64,000 bases of DNA from a virus, in the IMG/VR virus record IMGVR_UViG_3300027969_000052, positions 64,968-128,967 of that record. The stretch is one strand, 5' to 3'. Shown one piece after another: positions 1-12,800 of this stretch. The notes below the pieces were generated by a model, which did not search any database, had not been told where the DNA came from, and saw nothing but the letters and a program-made list of their open reading frames with translations. A program made the position numbers and the translations under genes. Each line of letters opens with the position of its first letter. Within the stretch, counting starts at the first letter, position 1.

Positions 1-3000
1 TTTGTATAATTTCCAAATCCTGTATTATCAGTAAATGTTGCGCTACCTAAATTTAATGCAACACCTTGATTGCCCCACGAAGGCTGTGTTATATCGTTGC
101 TACGATCAATTGTATGGCCAACATATAAGTTTTTGCCGATACCAACACCGCCAAGAGTAACAATAGCACCAGTATCTGTACTGATTGCATCAATATCAGA
201 GTTTACTGTTAAACCGGTTGTGTTTAATGTGCTAGTTGTGTACCCAATTTGCAATGGATATATAATTGTTCCGCCGTTAAATCCTGTGGGAGTTGCTGTT
301 GTAAGTACTTGGGATCCGTTAACAAACAAGTTGCCCATGAAACCCGTGCCGCCAACCCACAAATCTTTTCCAATACCAGCTCCGCCGTAGGCTACAATAG
401 CACCAGTAGTTGTGCTAATAGAATTTGTAGTGTTTGTTTCTAATACTGGCTGAGTAATTGTGCCGCCATCAAATAAGATTGTTTGGCCGTTTTGTGTGTA
501 GATATTTCTTACATACAAGTCACCCTGGATGCCAACTCCGCCTACTACTTGTAGGGCACCTGTTGTTGTGCTTGTAGCCGCTGTTCCGTTTGCAATCTTA
601 ACGGGACCGTTAATTTGTGCGCCACCGCTTATTCCTAATCCACCGCTAACTAATACGCCACCAGTTGTTGGACTACTTGTTGCAGTACCATTGCCAAATT
701 TAACAATACCAGCAAAGTAAGAATCACCGCCAATGCCAATACCGCCAGTTGATACTACTAACGCATGATTAATAGTTTGTGTTGAATTTGCTAATGTGCT
801 TGCAAGAGTAACTTGGCTAGCAAAGTAACTGTTCTTATTAACACCAATGCCGCCTAATACTTGTAGGTCGCCTGTGTTTGTACTGATGCTTGCAACTCCA
901 CCTACTAATCTTAAAGTACCAAATCTAGCTGTACCAAAAGTACCAGTGCTGTTGAATGTTGCAGGGAAGAATTGGTCGCCGCCACCTGGGTAAATGTTGG
1001 TCTTCCAAATTAATTCACCAGTTGTGTTATCACGTCCTAAGAATGCGTGATTATCTGTAACAGATGTTGCGCCGGTATTGTAGTGTAATAACAATCCGCG
1101 ATCTAAACCATCATTAGTTGATAACGGAGCATTGCCAATTCCAGTACCAATATCAATTACAGGATCAATAATATATGTGTTTGTACTATCAACAATAGTT
1201 TGTGTGCCAAGTACTGTTAGGCCGCCCGTGAATACCGCACTACCATATACCGACAAGTCTTTCTTAACTGCAACTCCGCCTTCGACATAAACAGCATTTT
1301 CTTCAAAAATTGCTGTGCTTGATTGTGTTGATGTAATATGTAGTGCAACAAAAGTAGCAGTAAACGATTTGTTAAATGTTAATTGTCCGCCTAGGTCTAA
1401 GTTTCCGCCTATTACAACATCTTTGCCAATACCGACACCGCCAACAACTGTTAATGCACCAGTAGTTGTACTTGTTGAAGTAGCTGTGCCGCTAATATTA
1501 ACTTGTTGTGCGTTAATTTGTCCTTGTGCATTTGCAAAGTTTAAATTTCCGCCTAACCATAAATCTTGTCCAATGCCAACACCGCCTACTACTTGTAGGG
1601 CACCTGTTGTTGTGCTTGTTGATGTGGCTGTACCACTTACACGAATTTGTTTTGCACGTAAGTCAGCCGACTCACCTGTAAAGATTAAGTTACCACCGAT
1701 AGTTACATCGTTGCCAACGTTTAAATTTTCTCCTACGCCAACACCACCAACAACTGTTAATGCTCCTGTTGTTGTACTTGTTGACGTAGCTGTGCCGCTA
1801 ATGCGAATTCTTGATGCACGGATATCTGCCGCATCTCCAGTAAAGACTAAATTGCCACCTAATACTAAATCTTTGCCAATACCGACTCCGCCAGTAACAA
1901 CTAAAGCACCCGACGTAGTTGAAGTTGAATTTGTACTTGTTGTAAATAAAACTTGGCCTCTAGCACGGAAATTATTAACAACAAACTCGTCAGCAAGACC
2001 ACTGAATATTAGTTGGCCACCTAATACTAAATCTCCGGCAATGCCAACACCGCCATCTACAACTAATGCACCTGTTGTTGTGCTTGTTGAAGTGGCAGTT
2101 GAAGTTGAACGAATTTGATTACTTGCACTTAAATTTACAAAACGGCCGTCTCTTGGTAACACATTACCAATATCCATATTATCTAATGTGCCTTTTGTGG
2201 CAGGATTTACAATAAATGTACCTGCTCCACTAGGTTGAACATATACTGTTGCGCCAGCTGGACTTAAATTAGCCTGGCTTAGTACGTTAAAACTTCCAGC
2301 AATGTTTGTTGCACCACCTACCCATAAATTCTTTGTAATGCCAACACCGCCAGCAACAGTTAATGCACCGTTACTAGTTGCTGTAGAATCAATAGTTGAG
2401 CTAATGTTTAGTAAACTAGTAGCTTCTAAATATGTAAATTTACCAGTTGAAGGATTAAATGCTCCGATTGGAGACAAATCTAAATTCTTATTAATAACTT
2501 GTTGAGCCGATACACTATCAACAATTTCATACCAGCTTAATGGCGATACTTCTAATGTATCAAAAGTTCTATAATTTGTAAAGAATAATCTACCAGCACT
2601 AGTTCCGTACAATACAGGAACAACAACGTGATTTAACTCTCTGGTGGTATCTGCATCAGTTGTTCTTCTTAAAATTGTATTTGTTGGTTTAGTTCCTACA
2701 AATATTGCAGAAACAAATTTAGTAGGCGGAGTTCCTAAAACTGTAGTAGCTGTTAATAAAGAGCTAACGCCAGTGAATGTAGATGCTAACGTAATATTAT
2801 AAGTTAGTGCATTATCGTCTATAACAGAAAATGTTGTTCCACTAGACAATCCGGTTAACACTTGTTGCATTGTTGAACTTGCATCTGTAAAATTAATTAC
2901 AGTTCCGGTCCATGATGAAACATATGAGAAATCAGTAGAAGTAGTAAATGTATCGTTTGCAAATGTTGCGGTGTTTACATAATAGATACCATTTTCAGCG

Positions 3001-3440
3001 GAGTTGGTATTGTCTTTAATTAATGTACGATCTAACCAAGTTAGTCGACGACCGTCAACATAAGTTGTAGAAGTTACAGTATTAACTGCAACGTTAGCAG
3101 TTGATGCTACGACTACTTCGCGTTTAAAACCAGAACCAATAATACCATCAGGAATATTAACAGGACCGTTAAGTGTAATAGTACCAGTACCACTTGGATT
3201 TAGGGTTAAATCACCTGTGGTACTTTGAGAAGTCATACTACCATTATCAAATGCAATATTTCCTAATGTATTTGTAAAGGTTGCAACGCCGTTGGCACCA
3301 ATAACTAATGTATAACCAGTACCAGAGGTTGGTGTAAATCCTAACCCAGCCTGTGCTTGGTTAAGCGATATGTAGTTGTTAATTGTGTAATTGGTACCTG
3401 CCGAAGCTACTTTTACACGACCGCTGATTAATGATGGCAT
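1..3440 (-). CDS. Long tail fibre-like protein with ~13 STSTTTGALxVxGGVGIGxDL repeats (runs off window start; absent from ORF track)
   Basis: ATG at 3440 after AGGA RBS gives MPSLISGRVKVASAGTNYTINNYISL...; spot translation along the frame shows repeated GAL(T/Q/V)VxGGVGIG units typical of phage trimeric beta fibres. The + strand ORFs here are its antisense shadow. Confidence 0.85.
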   Translation of the reverse strand, partial: MPSLISGRVKVASAGTNYTINNYISLNQAQAGLGFTPTSGTGYTLVIGANGVATFTNTLGNIAFDNGSMTSQSTTGDLTLNPSGTGTITLNGPVNIPDGIIGSGFKREVVVASTANVAVNTVTSTTYVDGRRLTWLDRTLIKDNTNSAENGIYYVNTATFANDTFTTSTDFSYVSSWTGTVINFTDASSTMQQVLTGLSSGTTFSVIDDNALTYNITLASTFTGVSSLLTATTVLGTPPTKFVSAIFVGTKPTNTILRRTTDADTTRELNHVVVPVLYGTSAGRLFFTNYRTFDTLEVSPLSWYEIVDSVSAQQVINKNLDLSPIGAFNPSTGKFTYLEATSLLNISSTIDSTATSNGALTVAGGVGITKNLWVGGATNIAGSFNVLSQANLSPAGATVYVQPSGAGTFIVNPATKGTLDNMDIGNVLPRDGRFVNLSASNQIRSTSTATSTSTTTGALVVDGGVGIAGDLVLGGQLIFSGLADEFVVNNFRARGQVLFTTSTNSTSTTSGALVVTGGVGIGKDLVLGGNLVFTGDAADIRASRIRISGTATSTSTTTGALTVVGGVGVGENLNVGNDVTIGGNLIFTGESADLRAKQIRVSGTATSTSTTTGALQVVGGVGIGQDLWLGGNLNFANAQGQINAQQVNISGTATSTSTTTGALTVVGGVGIGKDVVIGGNLDLGGQLTFNKSFTATFVALHITSTQSSTAIFEENAVYVEGGVAVKKDLSVYGSAVFTGGLTVLGTQTIVDSTNTYIIDPVIDIGTGIGNAPLSTNDGLDRGLLLHYNTGATSVTDNHAFLGRDNTTGELIWKTNIYPGGGDQFFPATFNSTGTFGTARFGTLRLVGGVASISTNTGDLQVLGGIGVNKNSYFASQVTLASTLANSTQTINHALVVSTGGIGIGGDSYFAGIVKFGNGTATSSPTTGGVLVSGGLGISGGAQINGPVKIANGTAATSTTTGALQVVGGVGIQGDLYVRNIYTQNGQTILFDGGTITQPVLETNTTNSISTTTGAIVAYGGAGIGKDLWVGGTGFMGNLFVNGSQVLTTATPTGFNGGTIIYPLQIGYTTSTLNTTGLTVNSDIDAISTDTGAIVTLGGVGIGKNLYVGHTIDRSNDITQPSWGNQGVALNLGSATFTDNTGFGNYT
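538..575. repeat. 38-nt exact direct repeat, copy 1 (copy 2 at 1582-1619)
   Basis: ccgcctactacttgtagggcacctgttgttgtgcttgt occurs at both positions and encodes TSTTTGALQVVG. Confidence 0.9.
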
Positions 3441-3452
3441 TGTTATTTCCTA

Positions 3453-3839
3453 TTATGCATTCGCTGTTTCTAAGATACTCATTGTTAGTTTTAATGTTCC
3501 TTCAACAGTACCATATGCTCTTACACTATCAAGACTTTCGATAATCATTTTGCCAACTAACATATTGCCAGCATCGCTTGGCGGAATTTCAAAGTTTTTA
3601 ACTAACTCGGTTGTTACATTCCCTGCCTGCCCCCCGTTACCCTGTGCATCTGCAAGTACTGGCAAGTTTCGATGATGTGCAAAAGTAACACTAGCATTTG
3701 TACCAGTAGAAATATTAGCCACGTTGGCCATTAGCACAATTGAAGTGACTCCGACCGGTGCTGTATAAACTGTTGCGTTTGTTTGTGTTGTTAAGACAAA
3801 TGTCTTTGTCTTAAACGTGTTTAATGGAATTAGTGCCAT
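3453..3839 (-). CDS. Small virion beta-sandwich protein (paralogue of 14478-14807)
   Basis: 128 aa; AGGA RBS; shares the VY.A...N.S...K...IPP.....K.I.E.LD pattern with the 109-aa ORF. Confidence 0.75.
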   Translation of the reverse strand: MALIPLNTFKTKTFVLTTQTNATVYTAPVGVTSIVLMANVANISTGTNASVTFAHHRNLPVLADAQGNGGQAGNVTTELVKNFEIPPSDAGNMLVGKMIIESLDSVRAYGTVEGTLKLTMSILETANA

Positions 3840-3854
3840 TTTGTATTTTCCTTA

Positions 3855-6800
3855 TTATCCTTCAATTGCCAAGATGAACGGTGTCAAGTTAGCAAACAAT
3901 GACTTAGTAAACGTACGGCCTGATAACACACCAGTTGCCTGACTAATTACCAATCCCGGACCAATACGGAAGTCACCGTTTTGGTCAGTTGATGTAAAGA
4001 ACACCTTACCGTTATTCAATTGAATAACTTCTCTTTCCTGTCTTGGATCTGCTCGACCTATTTGCGGCAATGCGCCGTAGTTAGAACCTGCACCAACATA
4101 CTCAAACAAATAACCAGATGCAGACATATAAGCACGTCTATAGAAATTAATATTTGCTTTATCGGGGAACAATGCCGCATCTGCAACGTTATCTTCTAAT
4201 GTTACGTAATGATGAGTTTCTGTAATAGCATAATAACTCTTACCGCAAAGTACTGTGTTATAGTTACCGCCGCTGATTAAATCGGCCGCTAGCGCATCTA
4301 TTACGTAACCAACATCACGTTTACATAAGGCTTGGTTATATTCAAATCCGTTATACTTTCCGTCAATGTACGTAATTACTTGATTAATTAACGAAGTTGC
4401 TTGAGTTGCTATAATATTTTTAACGTTTAGTAGCGTTGCTCCGTATCCGCTTGTGCTTGGATATTCTATCGCAGGTGCAACTGATGTCCCGTTTGCAACA
4501 ATATCAGTTAAGATAGCAGTTAACGCTGTTAGTCTTGGATGTGCATTAGCTCCGTCGGGTGCAGAGCCGTTAGTAAATTGTGTATATGTATTTTGATAGC
4601 TAACTGCTGGAGCAGTATTTGTTGATACATTTTTCATTAATGTTAACAAATAATTAAATGCGCCCACGGTCTGCGGAATTTCTCCTGGAATCAATGTGCT
4701 TCCAGTTGAATCGAAATATACTAGACCAGCATCAACAGTCTGCCAATTTCCGCCATATGTTAAATCGTAAATTAAACTATGGATAACGTAGTCCAAATCT
4801 CTCTTGCACTTGTCTTGATTATATGTAAACACAGTATATGTTTCATTAATAAAAGTAATTGCTTCAGTTGCAATTAAAACTTTTGCAGATTGAATTGCTG
4901 TTCTTGCTGTTTTTTGACTTGTTGTTGCCCAAGTATAGCTAGGTTCTATAATAATTGGAACTGCATTAACACCGTCTTGAACAATAGTAGCCATGTCGCT
5001 GATTAGATCGGCAATTGTCGTGAGTGCTACAGATCCTTGACCTAACCCATTATCACTAAATCGTGTAACACCGTTTTGATAACTTACGACCGGTGCTAGG
5101 TTTTGTACAACTCGAGCCGCAATAGTATTGATATAGTTAATGCCAACAATAGTTTCTGCTACTTCTCCAGGATTTACACGAACATTGTTGTTGGCGCTAT
5201 TAAAGTACTGAAGTGCCGCATCAACCGACATGCTGTTGCCGCCGTATGTTAAGTCATAGATTAGAGCATCTAATAAGAATCCAACATCTCGTTTGCATTT
5301 ATCTCTGTCATATACTAATGAAGGATATGTTACATGGATATATGCTTCAACTTCTGCCTGGATATATGCTTTATTTCCTTGCAATAACTGACTTGCACTA
5401 GAAACTCCGGTTGCTGTTCCTGGAGGAATAGTGTAGGTCACTGTCGGGCTTGCACTTAAACCGGTTTGAATGATGCTTGCAATATTGGCAAAATCATTAG
5501 TTACTGTTTGTGTAGCAGTAGTACTACTCTGTACTGCATTTAATCCCAAAATATATTCTTTAACAAAATTAAATGCGGCCAGTGTTTCTGGTTTTTCATC
5601 GTTAAGAACATTATCAGCATTACCGCGATAGTAAGCCTGTCCAGATTTAATTGAACGATAGTTTGTTCCTAAAACAATATCCCACTCAACACCGTCGATG
5701 ATGTATCCGATATCGCGTTTACATTTTGTTTCGCTGTAGGTAAAGATTGGATATGTTGCATTAATCCAACCAATAGTTTCTTCCTTGATAAAGTCAAGGT
5801 TATTTAGGATTAACGATTTTCCATTAGCAATGCCTGTATCAAATCCCGAAGGGTTTGGCATATTATAAGCAGGTGCTGTATTGCCACTGATGATATTATT
5901 GATATTAATACCGTCAACGTTAATTATAGAAATTGCTTGAGTAACTGTACTAATTCCGCTTAACTGGTTTGTAAGAGCAGATAGTTTTGAAATAGCATCA
6001 ATTGTTTGTGCTTTTTCTGTCTCTAAGACATATTGACTACCTGGAACATTTCTCAAGTATGCATTTCCGCACTTGATAGATTGATAGTTACTTTGGAATA
6101 ATGCATCCCAAGCAAACCCGTCTAGAATATAACCTAGGTCTCTGCGACAAGTTGCATGGTCGTAAATAAAATATTGGCTATTAATATATTCAATTATTTC
6201 TGCTTGTACAAATGTCTTATTAGCTAGCAATAATGCGGCCGCATCGCTTGCGCCAGGTGCAACAATTCCTTCTTTAGTTGTTGCTGGCACAGCATTTAAA
6301 CCATTAGAAATGATATCTTCTAATGTTTGGAATAGTTCTCCAATTTTAATTGTTGCTTGGGCGCCTTTGCTTAATGCAATATTTGTTACTTGTGTTGCAG
6401 TTGTTTGTAATGCATTGACTAAGGTATTACTTACAATACTTGTAGTCAACGTGTTTAGGTATTGCAATGCTTGAATTTCTTCAGCGCCTTGATCATTACC
6501 TTGAGCAGTTGCACTAGATCCTAACTTAAATGTGCCTGGAGTAATTGGGTCTGGAGCTAATTCACTTGAACGAACGGTGTAATATGCATTGCCAGCAACA
6601 TACATTGTAAAGTAGTTAACATTTGTAGAGTCGCCACCGCCTGCTGAGATACTATCGCTTAATGTAATAGCTTTAAAGTTTACATCTGTAATGATAGTGT
6701 CTTCTGGAATATAACGAGTTCCATTAATATCAGTGTAAGAACCGTATTGATCACGTGCATAAATCTTTTGACCAATAACAATACCTTCTGTATCAATGCC

Positions 6801-9800
6801 GTTAATTGTCACACTACCTGTAGTCAGTGTGCTAGTGTTTACTGCGGCTTGTAGGAAGCCAGGTAATCCTTGAGCATTTGTATATGTTTCAGGCGGCACA
6901 ACTTCCATAATCAATCCAATGTGCGGACGATTGTCCGGATCTGGACAGAATACTTGTACAATTTGACTTTGCGGGAAGAAACCATTTGGATAGTATGGTA
7001 ACACCGGCGGATTATATACTTCGCCGAAGAATTCGCGCTCTCCATATCCTTTTGCAACCAGACAGTAATCACCGAAGTTGGCGTTAGAGTTGGTAATAGA
7101 ACAAATGCCACCATTTTCTACAATAACAGATGTTCCGCAGAAAATCGTAAACACAGATACTAGCTGTGCATAGCCGTTGTTGGTAATTTTAATACCAATA
7201 CCGCCCTGGTTAACTTGTGTAAACGCATCATAAACAAAAGACTGGATCGGTGAACGTTTAGAAACAACACCACCATCAACTAAACTTCCGCCAATTGAGC
7301 CTAACGGATCAATTCGACGTTGTGCCCACCTTGCAGGAATATATTTTTCTTTTGTTGGATATACCCCAGTCTGACCAAAGTATAGTGTGCCGGCTGTGGC
7401 TGGGCCTAATACTGGTTCGCTTAGGTAAATCTTATATCTATCACCACCCAACGACTCTACATCTAAAATAGTCGAAGCTGGTTGAATATCATCTGCGGAA
7501 GAACTGATTAAGTTGAATACTCCAGATCCTTCGTATGCTTCGGGGGCAACATCTGGTCCTTTGGCAATAATATTCTTTAATATTTCGATTAGTCGAGTAA
7601 TGCTTCCTAACGCATAAACTCCACCACCAAAATAATTGTTAATAATTTGTGTAGCACCACTAATTGATGTTAACGCTGTGTTTGTTACAACTTTTTCACA
7701 GACTGTTTTTAGGTATTCCATTGCGGCATTGTTTTGTGGTATTTCACTAGCAATTACGTTTACGCCGCCGGTCCAATAACTTACACCTGCTTCAATAGTT
7801 TTACGATTTCCGCCAATTAATAAATCTTGTGCAATAGCATCAACAATTAAACCAACGTCACGATAGCACTTTTCTTGATTATAGTTAAAGCTATCAGTAC
7901 CATATGTACTGTCAACCCATGCAATAATTTCATTTTGAATAAATGTTCTATTCAAATCTAATAAGATCATTGCTTTTTGTATTGACGGATCTTCGTTCAT
8001 AGTTAAACTTACAGGAACTTTATCAATACCTTCGCTTGGGCCATTATCAATAATATTTGTAATTAATCCCAACATATCTAACAAGACTGTACCAACTTCT
8101 TCAGTTGACGGATTGTTGTTAAATTGCTGTTGTGCTACATTTCCTGCTGAAGGAATAATAGGTTGTTCAGTTATAACTGCTGTAACAATTTGTTTTAACC
8201 TGTCGTATGCCGCAACTGTTTGGTTCTGTTCATTTGGAACCATTGTTGAATTAGCATTAAATCCGTAATAGTAAACTCCAGACATAATTGCTTGTCTATT
8301 ACCGCCGTATAAAATATCGTGGCTTACAGAATCAATTAAGTATCCAACGTCCCTGTAGCACTTGTCCTGATCATACTCGAAGCCCATTGAGTATGTATCG
8401 TAGATGTAGGCAATAGTTTCAGCAACAATAAATTCTTTATTTGCTTCAATCATTAATGCCGCATTAATCACATTATCATTTGTACTGCGAGTTAAACTAA
8501 TAGGGGTCTTTTTGCTTACAACACTAGGACCGTTGGTAATAATATTAGTAATAACATCAACTTTGCCTTGAGCAAGAGTTGCTTCTGTAGCAGTACCGAC
8601 TCCTAAGTTAGTTACTTGAGAAACAACTGCTTGTTTTGGAGATGCTAGCGGAGTTGCTGTTATAATGTCATCTAGTATTGATTTAATATAATTAAATGCC
8701 GCAACTGTTTGTGTGACCTCGCCAGGTATTGCGGTTGATGCCGCATTAAATGAGTAGTAGTAAACGCCGCTTTGAATTGCTTGGCGGTTGCCGCCATATA
8801 ATAAATCAAAGCTAACACTATCAATCATGTAACCAACGTCACGATAGCACAATGCTTGATCATAAGTAAAGCCCGGAGTCTTTGTAGATTCTACATAGGC
8901 CACTGCTTCTGCTTGAATATATGCTTTGTTTGCCTGTAACAAATCGTAGGCTTGTGTTATATTTGGATAGGTACTTGGAGTTAATCCGTTTGCAATAACA
9001 CTATCAGTAACACCGTCAGTTCCGTTCTTTAATATATTAAGAATTACTGTAAAATCTGATTCAACTCTAGATGCTTCTGTAGTTGTTCCTACAGGCAAGT
9101 TTGTAACTTGAGTTACTGTTGACTGGTAGCGTGTTCCAACAGTATTGTTTAACACAATTTTTTGTGCTAGACTAGAAACATATTCTATTGCATTTGTTGT
9201 TGTAGTTAACTCACTAGCAATCGCACCAGTATATCCGTTTTGATTCCAGTATTGTAATCCTGCAAAGGTTGCTTGGCTTGACGTTGTAAACAACAAGTCT
9301 TGGGCGATAGCATCAACAATTAATCGAGTATCTCGTTTACAGGTAGTATCGTCAAACACAAATCCTGGTGTTTTAGTTTGTTCTACATAAGCAATAACTT
9401 CTGCTTGCAAATAACTCTTATTTGCCTGTAACAGATCAAATGCTTTTTGTGCATTTGCTCCTGCAATAGTAATACCATTTGGTATTACAAGATCCGTTAC
9501 TCCAGTAGTTCCGCCGATTAAAATATTTGTAATTGTCGTAAATTCTGTTGCAATAGACTGTGCTTCTATTGCAGTAGCTGGGGGTAGAGTATTGAATAAT
9601 TGTGTAATTGTACTTTGATAACGTACTCCAGACACATCATTACGAATAACTTTTTGTGCAACACTACTTAGATAGTTAATTGCATTTGTTGTTGTAGTAA
9701 GTTCTGATTGGATTAACCCTGTATATCCATTTTGATTCCAATATTGAAGACCGGCAAAATTACTGTTAATGAATCCATTTGATCCCCAACCTAAGTCGCC

Positions 9801-12800
9801 GATTAAACTATCAACAATTAATCCTGTGTCGCGATAACATTTTACTTTGTTATAACTAAAATTAGAATTATTATAAGTGTCGTTAATAAACGCAACGATT
9901 TCGTTTGCTAAGAAAGCACGGTTAGCTCTCATCAATGCAAATGCTCGTTGAACACTTGTGCTGGTACTCTTAGTTAAACTAATAGGAGTCTTGTTGGTTA
10001 CAACACTTGGACCATTATTAATAATGTTTGTAATAACATCAATGAATCCTTCTAAGTCTTCTGACTCTACAGTAGTTGCAGGGGGTAAATTTGTTACTTG
10101 TGTTAACTGATTACCTCTACTACGTGCCACTGGTGTAGCCGTAACAATACTATGTATTAGACCTTTTAGGTGATTGTATGCCGCGATTGTTTCTGGTTTT
10201 TCGTTTGGAATAGCACTTGATGCCGCATTAAACGAATAATAGTAAACTGCGCTCTGGATTGACTGTCTGTTACCGCCATGTAGTAAATCAAAACAAATGC
10301 TGTCGATTATATAGCCAGTGTCTCTTCGACAAGTAGTTTGATTATAAGTAAAGCCAGATGTCTTTGTTGATTCAACATAGGCAATAACTTCATCAATCAA
10401 ATATGCTTTATTGTTTTGTAATTGAGCATAGGCATGTAACACACCCGGAGTTGTTAATTCTTCACCGTTTGGAACAATCTTATCAGTTACACCATCAGTA
10501 CCATTTAGAATAATATCGATCATTAGATCAAAGTTAGTACCAACAGAACTTGATTCTAATACTGTACCAGATGCATTTGCAGTAGATTGTGAAGATACTG
10601 ATTGATATCGAGGACCGGATACATCATTTAAAATAATTTTCTGTGCAACACCACTTAGATAAGTTATTGCATTTGTTGTAGTTGTAAGTTCAGTTCCGAT
10701 TAATCCAGTGTAACCATTTTGATTAAAATACTGAAGACCTGCAAATGTTGATTGACTAGAATTAGCTGTAGGATATAATAAGTCAAACGCAACTGCATCA
10801 ACAATTAGTGCTGTGTCTCTACGGCATTTTGCAGAATTAAACGGAAATGATAGGAACGATTGATTTACATAAGAAACAATTTCTTCTTGAATGAAGGAAC
10901 GATTTGTTTCTAATAAAACTTCCGCAGACATATAGTACGGATCAATAGCACATGCTGGATATACAGTTGGAGCCGCAGTCGGACCATTTTCAATTATGTT
11001 TGTAATAATACCAAATCTATCAGCCAGTGCTTGGGACGCAATGCCCCCGCCAGTTAATACATAGTTAATTACTTGAGTTTTAGTTGCTAAAGATCCTAAT
11101 AGATTTGTAACGGTTTGATTTTTAATTACTTTATCAGCAATGGTATTAATATAGTTAATAGCACCAATTGTTTGTGTTTCTTGACCAGCAATTACACTCG
11201 TAACACCTTTATAATATGCAAGGCCTGCCTCAACCGTTTTTTCATTGCCGCCGGCTAGTGCATCAAAGCTAACGTTTTCTAAAATAATACCAACGTCTCT
11301 GTAGCATAGTTCTTTGTTATAAACAAAATTTGGAAGTGAGTTAACATAGGCAATTACTTCTGCTTTAATAAAATTCTTATTTGCAACTAGCAAGTTGTAG
11401 GCTTTTAGCAATCCTGTTTCGGCTGTTATAGATAAACCAATTGGTTCTAATGACGGTGCACCGCCTGGGCCGACTCTAACTAATCGTGTAATAATATCAA
11501 GATTAGTCGACAACGTTGTTGAGGCCGCGGCCGTACCTGCGTTAGCATTATCTAAAACTTGCGAGATTTCTGATTGATAGAAACTTGTTAATTCTTGACT
11601 TTGTACTACCGCAGAGATTACACTCTTCATGTAATCATATGCTAAAATTGTTTGTGGTTGTTCGTTTGGAATTGCACTCTGAGTTGTGCTATACCCGTAA
11701 TAATAAGTACCTGCTTGTATTACTTGGCGGTTGCCACCACGTAACAAGTCAAATGTTACACAATCAACAATGTATCCAACGTCTCTCTTACAAGTTGCTT
11801 TACTATAAACAAAAGTTGGTGCATTAGATGTAATCCATGCAATAGCTTCTGCTTTTAAAAATTCTTTGTTTGCCTGTAATAGGGCCGCGGCGGCTTGTGT
11901 ACTTGTATTTGATGTTACAGTTGTTCCGTTTGGAATAATTTTACCTGTAATACCAACCGTACCTTCTGTAATAATATTTGTTGCAGTAGTAAACAATGCG
12001 CTAACAGTATTTGCATTACCAATTGTACCAGCTGGCAAGTTTGTTACTTGTGTTAGTGTATTTTGATACGGACTAGATAGTGCTTGTCCGCGAACAACTA
12101 ATTGCGCAATACTATTGATGTAATTAATTGCATTTGTTGTAGTAGTCACTTCTCCAGCAATTTGTGTCGGTGTACTTGTCTGGCTCCAATATTGTAAACC
12201 AGAAAATACAGACTGACTTGTTGAATTATAAATTAAATCTAAACTTAGTCCGTCAATAATTAATCCTGTGTCACGAGCACACTTAGTTGCATCGTATTGA
12301 AAGGGGCCGCCGTATGTTTGATCAACATAAGCAACAACTTGTTCTTGAATGAACGATTTGTTTGCTAGTAGTAATGTTCTAGCATTATAGAATCCAGGAT
12401 TAGGAGGACCACCATTAATTGCTTGTCCTGCATAAATTTGGCCTTCTGTTAATGTAACTGTAATTTCTTGTGAGCCGGCTTCGTATGTAGAAATGCCGAC
12501 ACCTTCTGGGACTTGAACTGTTTGATTAGGCACAAACATTGTACCATCGTATAACCATGGACCAGATTGGTTGGTACAGTTTTGAATATATGGTGAGTGG
12601 AATACGTCAATCGGTTGACCATTGTCACCTTGTGGAGGAAACGCAGTTGCGTATGCACCTCTGTTTGTATCTGAAGTATAGCCTGTTCCTGGGAAACGTC
12701 CTGAACGGCCGTTGTACATCATTAATTGTGCAACATAACAGCCTTGACGAACGTGGAATAAGTCTTGAGTCTTGTTAACAGGTTCTATAACTGTTGTACG

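Noticed and set aside
70-2505. Plus-strand ORFs with PIPTPP repeats (e.g. 1315-2118)
   Set aside because: Antisense mirror of the GGVGIG repeats of the minus-strand fibre gene; no RBS or promoter.
4230-12390. CxRD repeats as c-type heme (CxxCH) or zinc-finger sites
   Set aside because: Only one conserved Cys per repeat and no conserved His.
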